In this document: positions 23,915-35,712 of the stretch, piece after piece
Position numbering within the stretch: the stretch's first letter is position 1
Layout of the letters: each line of letters begins with the position of its first letter
Origin: Chiloscyllium plagiosum
Taxonomy: Eukaryota
Direction of reading: 5' to 3'
DNA length: 56,753 nt
Assembly: GCF_004010195.1 (NCBI RefSeq)
Contig: NC_057718.1
Location: forward strand, 1,992,229 to 2,048,981
Notes under the pieces: generated by a model
Databases searched by the model: none
Told to the model about the DNA's origin: nothing
The model's input: the letters and a program-made list of their open reading frames with translations, nothing else
Position numbers and translations under genes: made by a program

Positions 23915-25327
23915 AGGCTTTTCCTGCCCCTCCTAGCTGTCCGCAGACCATTCTTCAGTTCCTTCCTGGCTACCTTGCAACCCTCTAGCCCTGTCTCATC
24001 CTTGCCTCCTCAACCTTAAGTAAACATCCTTCTTCTTCTTGACGAGATGTTCCACATCCCTTGTTACCCAAGGTTCCTTCACCCTACCATCCCTTCCTTG
24101 CCTCAGTGGGACAAACCCAGCACTATCAGCAGGTGCTCCATAAACAGCCTCCACATTTCTGTCCTGCACTTCCCTGAGAATATCTGCTCCCAATTTACAC
24201 TGCACAGGTCCTGCCTAATAGCATTGTAATTTCACCACTCACCACGCCCCCCCCACAAAAGAATTAAATACTTTCCCATACTGTCTGCTCCTATCTCTCT
24301 CCATACCGATTGTAAAGGTCAGGGAGTTGTGATCACTATCACCGAAACTACCACCGAGAGATCTGACACCTGGCCTCGTTCATTGCCAACCACCAAATCC
24401 AATCTGACCTCCCCTCTAATTGGCCTATCTACAGATTGAGTCAGGAATCCTTCCTGGACACACCTGACAAAGTCTGCTCCATCCAAACTATCTGAACTAA
24501 GGAGGTTCTGATCAATATTAGAGAAATTGAAGTCACCCATTACAACAACCCTGTTACTCCTGCACCTTTCCAAAATCTGCCTCCCAATCTGCTCCTCCAT
24601 GTCTCTGTTGTTGTTGTTGGGCGGGGTTGGGGGGCAGTAGAAACCTCCCAATAAAGTGCCTGTTCCTTTCCTGTTTCTGCCTTCCATCCACACTGACTCT
24701 GTAGACAAACCCTCCTCGACGACCTCCCTTTCTGCAGCTGGGATACTATCCCTGATTAGCAATGCCACTCCCATCTCTTTTATACCTCCCTCGTCGTTCC
24801 TTTTGAAACATCTAAACCCTGGAACATCCCCCCATTCCTGCCCCTGTGATATCCAAGTGTCTGTAATGGCCACATCATCATCGTCCCAAGTACTGACCCA
24901 TACTTTAAGTTCATTACCCTTATTCCTGATACTTCTTGCATTAAAATAGACACACTACAACCTATCACACTGACTGCACCTTTGCCCCATCAACTGTCTA
25001 TCCTTCCTCACAGACTCTCTGCATGCTGTATCTACCTGTTCACTTCCTATTCCATCATCTGATCCACAGCTCCAGTTCTATCCCCCTGCCAAACTAATTT
25101 AAACCCTCCCAAAATCTGCCATCCTTAACCAGTATGGCCTACCATTGACTCCAGACCCACAGCGATGTGGTTGACCCTGAACTGCCCTTGGAAAACAGCT
25201 AAGCAAAATGTCACGTGGAGGCCCAGTGAGGGGTGAGTAAAACTTATCCCCCATTCCTTTGTAGGACATAAAGAAATGCAGAGAGCCAAAAGCAAGACTT
25301 GGCCATTTATCTACAATGTGTGAATCT

Positions 25328-25460
25328 CTATTTTTAGCTAATCTTTTCATAAGTGGACCGCCCATTTTTCTAATCTTCTTCCTGTGTGTTGGAAAAGGAC
25401 AGCGAGAGACAGCACACATTGTGCGGAAGAGCGCAAAGTGAATTTTGGAAAAGTAAAGTA
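25328..25460 (+). promoter_or_regulatory. Candidate proximal promoter of the Ig receptor gene
   Basis: MEF2 consensus CTATTTTTAG (25328-25337), GC box CCGCCC (25358-25363), and ETS cores CTTCCTG (25378-25384) and GCGGAAG (25423-25429) just upstream of the ATG. Confidence 0.3.
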
Positions 25461-25463
25461 AAC

Positions 25464-25524
25464 ATGTTTGCAATTTTTCACCCATGGCTTGCAGGTCTAG
25501 TTCTGGGCCTCTACTCTTCAATGG
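25464..25524 (+). CDS. Ig-superfamily receptor, leader exon (MFAIFHPWLAGLVLGLYSSM-G)
   Basis: aacATG start, 20 mostly hydrophobic codons, and a phase-1 donor G|gtaagt in frame with the V1 exon. This is the typical IgSF leader arrangement. Confidence 0.8.
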
Positions 25525-25589
25525 GTAAGTACACCTTCACTACACAATCCTCAAACTGGGCTCAGCTTTGCTTATTTCAACTCACAAGC

Positions 25590-25702
25590 AGAAAGTGAGG
25601 ATTGCAGATGCTGGAGAGTCAGAGTCGAAAAGCACAGCAGGTCAGGCAGCATCCGAGGAGCAGGAGAGTCAGCATTTCAGGCATAAGCCCTTCATCAGGA
25701 AT
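25590..25702 (-). mobile_element. Penelope-like terminal fragment with a degenerate hammerhead core
   Basis: gaaagtgagga...gcagatgctgga...cagcatccgaggagcaggag...gcccttcatcagga. Confidence 0.7.
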
Positions 25703-26039
25703 GTCCAGCGCCCCACTTTTCTACTTATTACATCCCCACTTATCGAGGTGTCTTTTGTAGTCTGATCATTGTGTTTAAAGGATTAAGATTGCTTTGACCT
25801 CAAGGGAGAATGCAGCATCAGGTACCACACTGAGCCAGGAGAGTCAGTGAGGCCTGCCCTGGTGTGCAGTAGGTATCTACTCAATGACAAGGTACACGCA
25901 GCTGTATGGCACCATCATCCACACGCTCTCCTCCAAAACACTCACACTCATATCAGTGTGAGCAGGGGGTGTGAACACAGAGGGTGAGCTGTCAGTGTGA
26001 ACACGAGGTGTGAGCAGGGGATGTGAGCAGGAGGGGTAT

Positions 26040-26462
26040 GCTGGTTGGGGAATGGATGAATGATGGGGTTTGCTGATTGGTGATTGGATTAGTGATGACG
26101 TTAGCTGGTTGGGGAATGAATGAATGATGGCATCTGCTGGTTGGTGATTGGATGAGTGATGGGGTACTCTTGTTGGGGTATCAATGAATGATGAGGTACA
26201 CTGATTGGTGACTGATGGATGAGTGATGAGGTTAGCTGGTTGGGGAATGGATGAATGATGGTGTATGCTGATTGGTAATTGGATCAGTGATGACGTTAGC
26301 TGATTGGGGAATGGATGAATGATGGGGTATGCTGGTTGGTGATTGGATGAGTGATGAGGTTAGCTGGTTGGGGAATGGATGAATGATGGGGTATGCTGGT
26401 TGGTGATTGGATCAGTGATGACGTTAGCTGGTTGGGGAATGGATGAATGATGGGGTATTCTG
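26040..26462. repeat. Minisatellite of alternating 32-bp A and B units (64-bp higher-order repeat) in intron 1 of the Ig receptor
   Basis: gctggttggggaatggatgaatgatggggtat alternates with gctggttggtgattggatcagtgatgacgtta. Confidence 0.85.
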
Positions 26463-27611
26463 GAAGCTATAAACTGGCCATCACTGATTGTCGGGGATGT
26501 TAAACATCCTTGTCTCCTCCTCCTCCAACCCAACACGGATTGGGTAAAACTATTAATCTGGAGCCCTGGGCTAGTCCTCCCAAAATCAGGGATAAAATCT
26601 CACTGTGGCAGCTGGGGCAATTTAAAAATCTGTAAAAGATTCAATAATGGTGAACGTGACAATGTTGTAGAAATCCTCCTGAATTCAAAACCCTAATCCT
26701 GGGTCACTCATGTCCTTTAGGGAAGGAATCTGCCATTCTTACCTGGTCTGGCCTACACGTGACTCCAGACCCACAGCTATGTTGGCGACTCTAACTGCCC
26801 TCTCACATGACCCAGAAGGGGCATTAAGTATTGGCTTTGTCCATGATGCCGACACCCTGGATGGGAAAATGAAATGTAGCTGAGATCCTGCACGTTCAGG
26901 TCCTGTTACTGTCCTGTCAGGGTGGAGTCAGTACTCAGCAATGAGCTGGACAGAGAATGGTATTTACTGGGAACCAGGACAGGATGAACTCTTCAAACAG
27001 AGCAGTAAGAGCTGGAGAAACTCAGCAGGTCTGACAGCTTCTGGGACGGGGGAAAGAAAGAGTTAATGGTTCCAGGCTGGTTTGACACTTTCTTCAGAAT
27101 TCAAGATCATTTGATCTTCACAGTCCTTTCAATGACAATCCCAGAATGTCACAGCTGCAGGGATCAATGGATTCATTCTGACAAACACATGGGGTGTAAG
27201 GTTGGGAGGGGGTTGGGAAGGAGGTGGTGAACAAAGTAATTTCGCAATTTAAAATGTAACTGACAACAGGAACGGTTGAAATCTTTGATCCTCTGAACAA
27301 CCTTGCCGAGCTCCAGGTGAAATTACTTTATGATGTTGTCCATCTTGGGGTCAGAGTCTGGGGATGTAGCTTGTGTTTGTCCCACTCAGAGTAGAGTGGT
27401 CTTGCCCTGATTTGAGCTCAGAGACCTGGAGGAACCCCCTGGAAATGAGCCCAAGCTTTGTCTGTCAGAGCTGGTGGGATGTCAATCTCCTGAATCCAGA
27501 ATGTGCTGAGCAGCTGTAACCAGGTTCACTGTGTGGGGTCCCAGCAATACTGCGGCTATCCACCTTGGGCTTCTCAGCTTTTCTGGTCTAATGTTTATTT
27601 CCTGTGCGCAG

Positions 27612-27965
27612 GTCCTGAGGCACATCCCATTCTCGCTCAGTTCCCAAAAAATGTGAAGATACCAGAGGGTGGAACTGTGCAGATTCAGTGCCGTTTGGAG
27701 AGAAGCTTCAGAAATAACACAGTGGAAAATTACACTGTCCACTGGTACCACCCTGGAAACAAGACACGTACCTTATTGACTCATTATGTTAATGGAGTTA
27801 CTTACCGATCGAGAGAATTCTCTGAACGGTTTCAGCTTTCCAGGAATGTGTCCAGTAACAGCTACATTCTGACCATCAGAGAGCTGCAGCTCAATGACAC
27901 CAATACCTACATCTGTGGGATTTGGGGGAACGTCTTTGGGAAAGGGACTTGGCTGAATGTGACCA
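27612..27965 (+). CDS. Ig-superfamily receptor, V-set domain 1 with germline-joined J motif
   Basis: EGGTVQIQC...VHWY...RFQLSRNVSSNSYILTIRELQLNDTNTYICGIW...FGKGTWLNV. cag/gtaagt boundaries, 354 nt, phase 1-1. Confidence 0.93.
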
Positions 27966-28099
27966 GTAAGTACTTATAACATTATGTAAATTTTCTCTCA
28001 AATAATGTCATCACATAATTAATTCTTTGCAATGGTGGCTCACAGACGCCTGGCTTTTGGAAATCTGAGCAGTAAAGTACAGAATGGTACAGATTTCAG

Positions 28100-29785
28100 T
28101 ACAAACCAGGGAACAGGAGGGCAAACTCTCTGCTGGTTAGAGTCATATCTGACTCAAAGGAAGAGGGTTGTGGTTGTGGAAGGTCAGTCATTTCTGCTCC
28201 AGGACATCTCTGCAGGAGTTCCTCAGGGAGTGTTCTAGGTCCATCTTCAGCTGCTTCATCAATGACCTTCCCTCCACCATAAGGTCAGAAGTGGGGATGT
28301 TCGCTGATGATTGCACAATGTTCAGCACCATTTGTGACTCCTCAGATATTGAAGCAGTCCGTGTCTGTGGTCATGAGAGATTGAAGAACAGTTTGTTCCC
28401 CTCTGTTATCAAATTTATGAACAAACCTTTCAAGTGTTAATGTTGATGTCTGTCTCTGCAACTTCTCTGCAGCTGTAACACTGTATTCTGCACTCTGTTC
28501 TGTTACCCTGAGGTACTTAGTAAGGTATGATCTATCTGTGGAGCACACACAACAATACTTTTCACTGTATTTCAGTGCAGGTGACAAGAAAACATCATTC
28601 AGTGTCCCAATCCAACAGCCCCTGGACAATATCCAGGCTTGGGCTGACAAGTTGCAAGTAACATTCGTGACACATAAATACCAGGTTGTGACTATCATCA
28701 ATAACAGACAATCTAACCACCACCCCTTGATATTCAATGGTGTTTCTGTCACTGAATCCCCCACTATCGACATCCTGGGGGTCATCATTGACCAGAAACT
28801 CAACTGGACTCACCACATTAACTGTGGCTACAAGAGCAGGTCAGTGGCTGGGAATATTGTATTGAGTAACTCACCTCCTGACTCCCCAGAGCCTGTCCAC
28901 CACCTACAAAGCACAAGTCAGGAGTTTGATGAAATACTCCCCACTTGGAGAAAGTGAGGACTGCAGATGCTGGAGATCAGAGTCAAGAGTATTGTGCTGG
29001 AAAAGCACAGCAGGTCAGGCAGCATTCGAGAGCAGGAGAATAGACTCTGAGTTTTGGGCATTAAGGTGGTAAAAACAATGACTGCAGATGCTGGAAACCA
29101 GATTCTGGATCAGTGGTGCTGGAAGAGCACAGCAGTTCAGGCAGCATCCAAGGAGCTTCGAAATCAACGTTTCGGGCAAAAGCCCTTCATCAGGCTTTTG
29201 CCCGAAACGTCGATTTCAAAGCTCCTTGGATGCTGCCTGAACTGCTGTGCTCTTCCAGCACCACTAATCCAGTTTTGGGCATTAAGCCCTTCATCAGGAA
29301 TGAATACTCCCCACTTGCCTGGATGGGGGCAGCTCCAACAACACTCAACTACCCATACCATCCAGGACAAAGCAGCCGCTTGATTGGCACCTCACCCTCA
29401 AGCATCCACTTCCTCCACCACCGACGCTCAGTAGCAGCAGTGTGTACTATCTACAAGATGCACTGCAGAAATTCACCAAAGATCCTCAGACAGCACCTTC
29501 CAAACCCATAAATCACTTCCATCTAGAAGGCCAAGGACAGCTGATACATGGGAATACCACCCTCTGCAAATTCCCCTCTGGGCCACTCCCCATCCTGCCT
29601 TGGAAATATATCACCGTTCCTTCAGTGTCGCTGGGTCAGAATCCAGAAATTCTCTCCCTAAGGGCAATGTGGATTAACCCACAGCACATGGACTGCAGCG
29701 GTTCAAGAAAGCAGCTCACCCCCACCTTCCCAAGGGGCAACTAGGGACAGGCAATAAATGCTGGGCCCAGCCAGAGACACCCTAA
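28100..29785 (+). mobile_element. L2/CR1-group LINE 3' part with nested insertions, in the V1-V2 intron
   Basis: WLESYLTQRKRVVVV...AGVPQG, FSCFINDLP...MFADD, LDNIQAWADK, ILGVIIDQKLNW and RRSVAAVCTIYKMHC. Confidence 0.85.
29166..29193 (-). ncRNA. Minimal type I hammerhead ribozyme core
   Basis: Minus strand reads CUGAUGA-agggc-uuuu-gccc-GAAACGUU. Confidence 0.65.
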
Positions 29786-30204
29786 TTCCTGGAATCCATT
29801 GAAAGAAAAACCTAATTTCAAAAACTCATTACTGTTTTCAATCCCATCCTGACCTCACTCTTCCCCATCTCTGATCTCCACCATCCGTATGGATAAATTA
29901 ACATCCACATTCTCTTAATTCTGGACCCTTAAGCATCCCCAATTGTCACTTCTTTCCATTGGCAGCTGGTCCAAACCTTGTTTTGTAAAGTTCCTGTGGT
30001 CTTCCTATGGACACTTTGTATATAGCACCATTCATAATACCAAGAAGTTGTTGTTGATCTGACTCAGTAACAAACCAACACAGCTAGATCAGACTTCTCT
30101 CAATGTTCAGCAGCTGTCTTGTTGACACTGACCCTTTGAAAACTGACAATACTGACCTTTAGACCAGATTCTAACTTCAGTGATGGTTTTTTTCCCCCTA
30201 AAAG

Positions 30205-30549
30205 GTGCAAATGTCCCAGTCCTTCTCCAGTGTCCGAGCCTGGAACATGTCACTGAGGGTCACACTGTCCGGTTACAGTGCACCGTGAGGAATGCTACTG
30301 TGACACACACTGATGTTCACTGGTACCGGGAACAACCAGGGAATAACACAGAGTGGGTTTTAATACATGATGTGAGGAACAACACACAATGGAGCCCAGG
30401 ATTTACTGAGCGATTCCAGTCTTCCAGACACCCCTCCAATAACAGCTTCATTCTGACCATCACAAATGTGCAGCCCAGTGACACTGGGATCTATTTCTGT
30501 AAAGTGTGGGGAGACATCAGTGGGAATGGAACCCAGCTGAATGTAACAG
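30205..30549 (+). CDS. Ig-superfamily receptor, V-set domain 2 with J-like motif
   Basis: EGHTVRLQC...VHWYREQPG...RFQSSR...FILTITNVQPSDTGIYFCKVW...SGNGTQLNV. aag/gtaagt boundaries, 345 nt, phase 1-1. Confidence 0.93.
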
Positions 30550-30674
30550 GTAAGTCTTGTTTACACAATCTGCATCAGGCCTCACATTGTGAGAGACAGT
30601 TGGAAAATATCCAATATTTGAACTAAGTTATTGTGAAGCTGTACTTGCTCACATCCCTCTCTCTCTGTTTGCAG

Positions 30675-30803
30675 TTCCTGCAGTGGGAATGAACAGCGAG
30701 CTGTGGAGTGTCTGGATCAGTGTGGGGGCTGTACTGGGAATTATTCTCGTCGCTGGAGCTGCTATTTGCTTCTGTATCAGACACACTCGGAAACTGTCAT
30801 CCT
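30675..30803 (+). CDS. Ig-superfamily receptor, transmembrane exon (VPAVGMNSELWSVWISVGAVLGIILVAGAAICFCIRHTRKLSS)
   Basis: Hydrophobic helix followed by a basic stop-transfer RHTRK. Acceptor tttgcag (alternative in-frame acceptor giving a start at 30684), donor gtaggt, phase 1-1. Confidence 0.88.
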
Positions 30804-31026
30804 GTAGGTGGAAATCAATCTTTCGCTGAAACAATATTAACAAGGAATACTCTGGTTTGAATTAATGGAACAATGTATTGAAGTTAAATGATAGTAAACA
30901 CAGAATCAGATACAATTTGAAATGTTTATTGCAGTCCTCCAGTGATGACTTCAGTCTGTCTGTGCATCATTGGAAAATAATTCAGAATCATTTCTTTAAT
31001 TCTGCCCTCAATGCTGTCTTTTGTAG

Positions 31027-31100
31027 CTTCTTCCCATGGTACTGGAGAACACAGCCTGATGCTGGAATATGAAAACATTTCTGCTTTTAGAAACACAAGG
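31027..31100 (+). CDS. Ig-superfamily receptor, cytoplasmic exon 1 (SSSHGTGEHSLMLEYENISAFRNTR)
   Basis: ttttgtag/gtaagt boundaries, phase 1 to 0. Contains LEYENI. Confidence 0.82.
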
Positions 31101-31704
31101 GTAAGTGAAAGCAGGCTGTCAGTTTCCAGCTTTTTTATTGCTGCTGCTTCAGTGTCAAAGATGTAAGATGAACATTTTATTGACCTTTGGCATCACCTGG
31201 GTGATACCTCGCTCCTGGGTGTGAATGTCAGCTGTGAGTCTCTGCATCAGTGTGTCCAGTCTTCCCTCAGTAATGTCAGGGCTGTGCTGGGGTTTCAAAC
31301 AGGCACATACCCCTGTCAACATCCTGCCAGTTACCACTGGCCAAAGACTCAACTGGACACACTGTCTCAATACTCTGACTACAAGACCAGGTCAGAGGCT
31401 TGGAATACTGCTGTGAGTAACTCCCCTCCCATCACCCCAACGCCTGTCCATATAAAGTCATATACATCTACAGCACAAAGGCAGGCCATTCAGTCCATCA
31501 TATCCACACTAGTCAAAAACAACCACCTCACCGTTCTAATCCCATTGTCCAGCTCTTGGTCTGTAGCCTGGTGTGTCTCTGTATCACAAGTGCACATCTA
31601 AATACCTCTCCAATGTGATGGGGGTTTCTGCCATCCCCATCCCCACAGACAGCGAGTTCCTGATCCCTACCAATCTCTCGAGTGAAAAAGATTTTCTCAC
31701 ATCT

Positions 31705-32222
31705 GGGGAGGTGATGGCCTACTGGTGTTATCGCTTGACTCTTCAACCAGAAACCGTGAATAATGTTCTGGGGACCTCGGTTCGAACCCAGCCACGGCAG
31801 ATGGTGGAATTTGAAATCTGGAATTAAGAGTCTCATGATGACCATGAAACCATTGTCAATTGTCAGAAAAGTCCATCTGGCTCGCTAATGTCCTTTAGAG
31901 AAGGAAACTGCCATCCTTATCTGGTCTGGCCTACATGTGACTCCAGACCAGTATTGTGGTTGACTTTCATCTGTCCTCTGAAATGACCTAGCAAGGCGCT
32001 CAGTTGTATCAATTGCTTGGAAATATATTCCTGTTCCTTCACAATCATTGGGCCAAAATCCTGGAATTCCCTCCCTAAGGCCATTGTGGGTCAACCCACA
32101 GCACATGGACTGCAGTGATTCAAGAAGGCAGCTCACCCCCACCTTCTCAAGGGGCAACTAGGGACGGCCTATCAATGCTGCTCCAGACAGCAACGCCCAA
32201 GTCCCACAAATGAATAAAAAAA
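31705..32222 (+). mobile_element. tRNA-derived SINE with a LINE-derived tail, nested in an old minus-strand CR1 fragment (about 31455-33150)
   Basis: ggtgatggcctactgg...ggttcgaaccc boxes, and tail caagaaggcagctcacc...aatgaataaaaaaa. Confidence 0.7.
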
Positions 32223-33299
32223 CAAAATCTCCTCAAAACCTCCTGTCCCTTACTTTAAATCTATAACCCAGTCATTAATTACTCTATCAACAGGAAAAGC
32301 TCCTTCCTGTGTACCCTATCTACCCCCGTCATAATGTTATACATCTCAGTCAGGCTGTTCTGCTCAAAGGAAAACAAACCCAGTCTTTCCAATCTCTCTT
32401 CAAAACTGAAACTCTCCAGCCCAGGCAATATCCTGGTAAATCTCCCTCTGCACCCTCTCCAGTGCTATCACATCCCTCCTACTGCATCTTACTGACCAGC
32501 GCTCTTACATTTAAGTCTCAGTCATTTCTATAAACCACAAACAGCAAGGGCCCCAACCCTATTCCCTGTGTGACTCCAGGTTTCCAGTTCCAAAGTTACC
32601 CCTCAATAATCACCCTCTGCTTCCTGCCACTCCATTAGTTATGGATCGGATATGCCAAATGTCCTTGGATCCCCATGGGCATTAACCTTCACAATAGTCT
32701 CCATGTGGGACCTTATCAAACGTCTTGCTGGAGTCCAAGCAGAGTACATCAAAAGCACTGTCCCATCCCCACACCTGGTCCCCTCTTCAATCTAGCTGGT
32801 CAGGCACGGCCTCCCCTTAATAAAACCATGATGTCTGTGCTTGATTGATCCCTGCCTCACCAAGTAAGGGTTCATTCAATCTCTCAGAATTGCTCCCCAT
32901 CGGTTCCCCATCACTGAGGCTAGATTGACAAGCCTGTAGTTTCCTGATTTATCCCTTTCTCCTTCCTTGAATAATGGAACCACATTAGCTCTCCTTCAGT
33001 CCTCTGGCACTTCTCCTGTAGCCAGGCAGGAATTGCCAGTGTCCTGACTATTTTCCCCCATTGTCTCACTCAACAGCCTGGGACCCATTTCTTCCAGCTC
33101 GGAGATTTATCGACTTTTAAATCTGCCAGACCACTCAGAACCTCCCCTCTGTCTTTAATAGTGTCACTGTCCTTCTCCCTGATTACTGTACCCACACTGT
33201 TCCTCTCACTAGGTACACACAATATTCAGTTCAAACCTGACCTACATCATCTGGCTCCATGCACAAATTACTATGTGGCACTTAATGGCCCCTACTCTT

Positions 33300-33705
33300 T
33301 CCCTCATCTTCCACCTTGGACCCTCCAACCCTCCACTGTATCAATGTGGATTTCACCAGTTTACTCATTTCCCCTCCCCCCACACCTTATCCCAGATCCA
33401 ACTTTCCAACTCGACACCATCCTCTTGACCTGTCCATCTTCTTTCTAACCTATCCATTCGACCTCCTCCCTGACCTATCACCCCCACCTTTATCTACCTA
33501 TTGCATTCCCAGCTACCTTCCCTCCAGCCCCACCCTCTCCCATTTATCTCCCAGCCCCCCAGGCTCCCTCTTACATTCCTGATGAAGGTCTTACTCTCGA
33601 AAAGGTGACTCTCCTGCTCCTCGGATGCTGCCTGACCTGCTGTGCTTTTCCAGCACCACACTTTTGACTCTGATCTCCAGCATCTGCAATCCTCACTCTT
33701 TCCCA
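33300..33705 (+). mobile_element. Penelope-like element 3' end (GIY-YIG C-terminus remnant, pyrimidine-rich UTR, degenerate hammerhead terminus)
   Basis: atcttccaccttggaccctccaacc...atcaatgtggatttc, then cctgatgaagg...gatgctgcctgacctgctg...ccagcatctgca. Confidence 0.7.
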
Positions 33706-34409
33706 CTCTTTCCATATCCCTTTTAGCTCTGTTAATCTCTTTTTCAAGTTCCCTCTAGGGATTCAGCTGTTTTGAGCTCTCAGTATCTGCCATAATCCAC
33801 CTTTTTTCTGTTAACCCAAAGCTGTATATCCCTCAATGTCCATCTTCACAGGATTTAATGGTCCTACCCTTTTTGTTTACAAGATACAAGTCAGGAGTGT
33901 GCTGGAATATCCCCCTCTTGCCCTGGATGGGGGCAGCTCCAACAACACAAGAAATTTGACACCATCCAGGACAAAGCAACCTGCTTGATTGACATCACAT
34001 CCTCAACCATCCACTCCCTCCACCACCTGGCTAGCTGATAGATCAATAAAGACAACGTGGCAGATGCTTAAGGGGCCATTTTAGTATACCCAGAATAATT
34101 ATATTCCTACCATAAAGGACCAATACACAACCTGTAGTTAACTACACAAGTTAAGGAAAACTTCAAACTGAAGGGCAAAGCATTTAACTATACACAGGTG
34201 AGTGACAGGTTAGATCATTGACCAGAATATAATGTCAGAGAATGACTAAAAGGTTAATGAGAAGGAAGAAATTAGACTATGGGAGAAAGCTAGCTGGAAA
34301 TGTAAAAATGGAGGTACAAACAGGAAAAGTGTAAACAAATGGATGTTAGTCTTCGAGACAGAGTGAGAATGTTGGCCAATAGTAGGTAAGGATATGGCAA
34401 ATGAAATGG

Positions 34410-35135
34410 GTAAAGTTAAAACTCACACAACACCAGGTTATAGTCCAACAGGTTTATTTGGAAGCACTAGCTTTCATAGCGCTGCTCCTTCACCAGGGAG
34501 TTTGTGGGGCAGGATCACAGAACCCAGAATTTATAGTAAAAGGTCAAAGTGTCATACCAACTGATGCAATGCCATATAAGAGGTGAATTTACATTTGCAG
34601 ATTTGTATTTGCAGATACATTCTATTTTGTTCAAAAAGCACAATCTGTAGGCTGTGAGTCCATGTGATATTTTATAAATTCCTACTTTGGAAATAGAACC
34701 AGTCTGGCTCCAGGTTAGGATACAGACAGACTCTAACCTCACACCTTTAATGGACTGTCTGAGAAGACGTCACTTTTTTTTAAAACCTTAAGTTGTCTCC
34801 GGACTGTGACTTGAAAGGAACTCTGGGATTTACATATTAATGAATCGAAACCTGCATCCCCATTCCAAGTGAGTAAAGACTTCACAGCCATCCAAGTTTG
34901 TTCAATACATCGCATCAGTTGTATGAATATAGATCTAATTGGTATCAACCTGGAGACCATCTGATTGGGACTTTTCATGCTAAATTCTGTGTCCTATGAC
35001 TCTGCCCCACTAGCCACCTGACAAAGGAGCAGTTCTCCAAAGGATTGTGCTTCCAAATAAACCTGGTGGGCTATAACCTGGTGTTGTGTGATTTTTAACT
35101 TTGTCCACCCCAGTCCAACACTGGCTCCTCCAAAT
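34410..35135. mobile_element. Penelope-like terminal inverted element (family 2)
   Basis: aaagttaaaactcacacaacaccaggttatag at the left end and ctataacctggtgttgtgtgatttttaacttt at the right end. Confidence 0.7.
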
Positions 35136-35670
35136 CACAAATGAAATGAAATGAACGAATATGTTGCTTGTACTTTCACCACTGGGGATACATAACTATA
35201 TTCCAGCTCCAAACAGGAATCAGACTGGACTCAAACTGTTAACTGTTTCTCTCTCCACAGGAGCTACCAGACCTGCTGAGTTTCTCTAGCAATTTCTTTG
35301 TTATTTTAGATTTGGAGCATCCTCAGTATTTTGTTTTTACCTTTGTTTGATCTATTGGTGGTAATATTTATATCTGGTTAACATTTTTTGTGTCAAGTTC
35401 TTCAATACCCTTTTCTTGAAAGACTTAGTCACAATCCTCCAAATCTTCCAACCAGGTGAAAAATCAGACAAGGTTGTAATTTCTGTGATAGACTTACAAG
35501 TTGTCAACGATCACTGCAAACCAGTGAAGGGGATTGTACACGAGGCAGTGTGTAAGCTGCAGGGTCATGGCGAGATGTTGTGTTTTCTCAGTTTTACAAT
35601 CTTACTGTCCCTTTGGAGTTTCCACCCTTCAGTAATTTATATCATACCATTTCATTCCATTTGGTTACAG

Positions 35671-35712
35671 AAATCGGATGATCTCCAAGTTGATCCCGAT
35701 CAGATCTATGTG
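35671..35712 (+). CDS. Ig-superfamily receptor, cytoplasmic exon 2 (KSDDLQVDPDQIYV)
   Basis: ttacag/gtaagg boundaries, 42 nt, phase 0-0. Acidic residues precede the Tyr. Confidence 0.7.

Larger units (their letters stand above)
20232..25100 (-). mobile_element. Long degenerate CR1 LINE (APE endonuclease and RT), interrupted at about 21950-23915 by younger CR1 copies
   Basis: Minus strand encodes AITDTW...VVVMGDFN...LDLVVGN (APE, 24319-24970), SGVPQGSVLGPLLF, FANDT, MEFNLEKC and LEYCVQFWSP, with frameshifts. Confidence 0.9.

Noticed and set aside
27503-30626. A rearranging Ig or TCR locus
   Set aside because: V and J are joined in single exons, no RSS, D/J segments or C1 exon were seen, and V2 splices directly to a TM exon.
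30804-31072. Alternative TM donor (ag|gtggaa after 30807) giving SFFPWYWRTQPDAGI*
   Set aside because: The donor is weaker than gtaggt and the frame stops early. The gtaggt frame stays open to the gtaagt donor and encodes the Tyr motif. It could still be a minor isoform.
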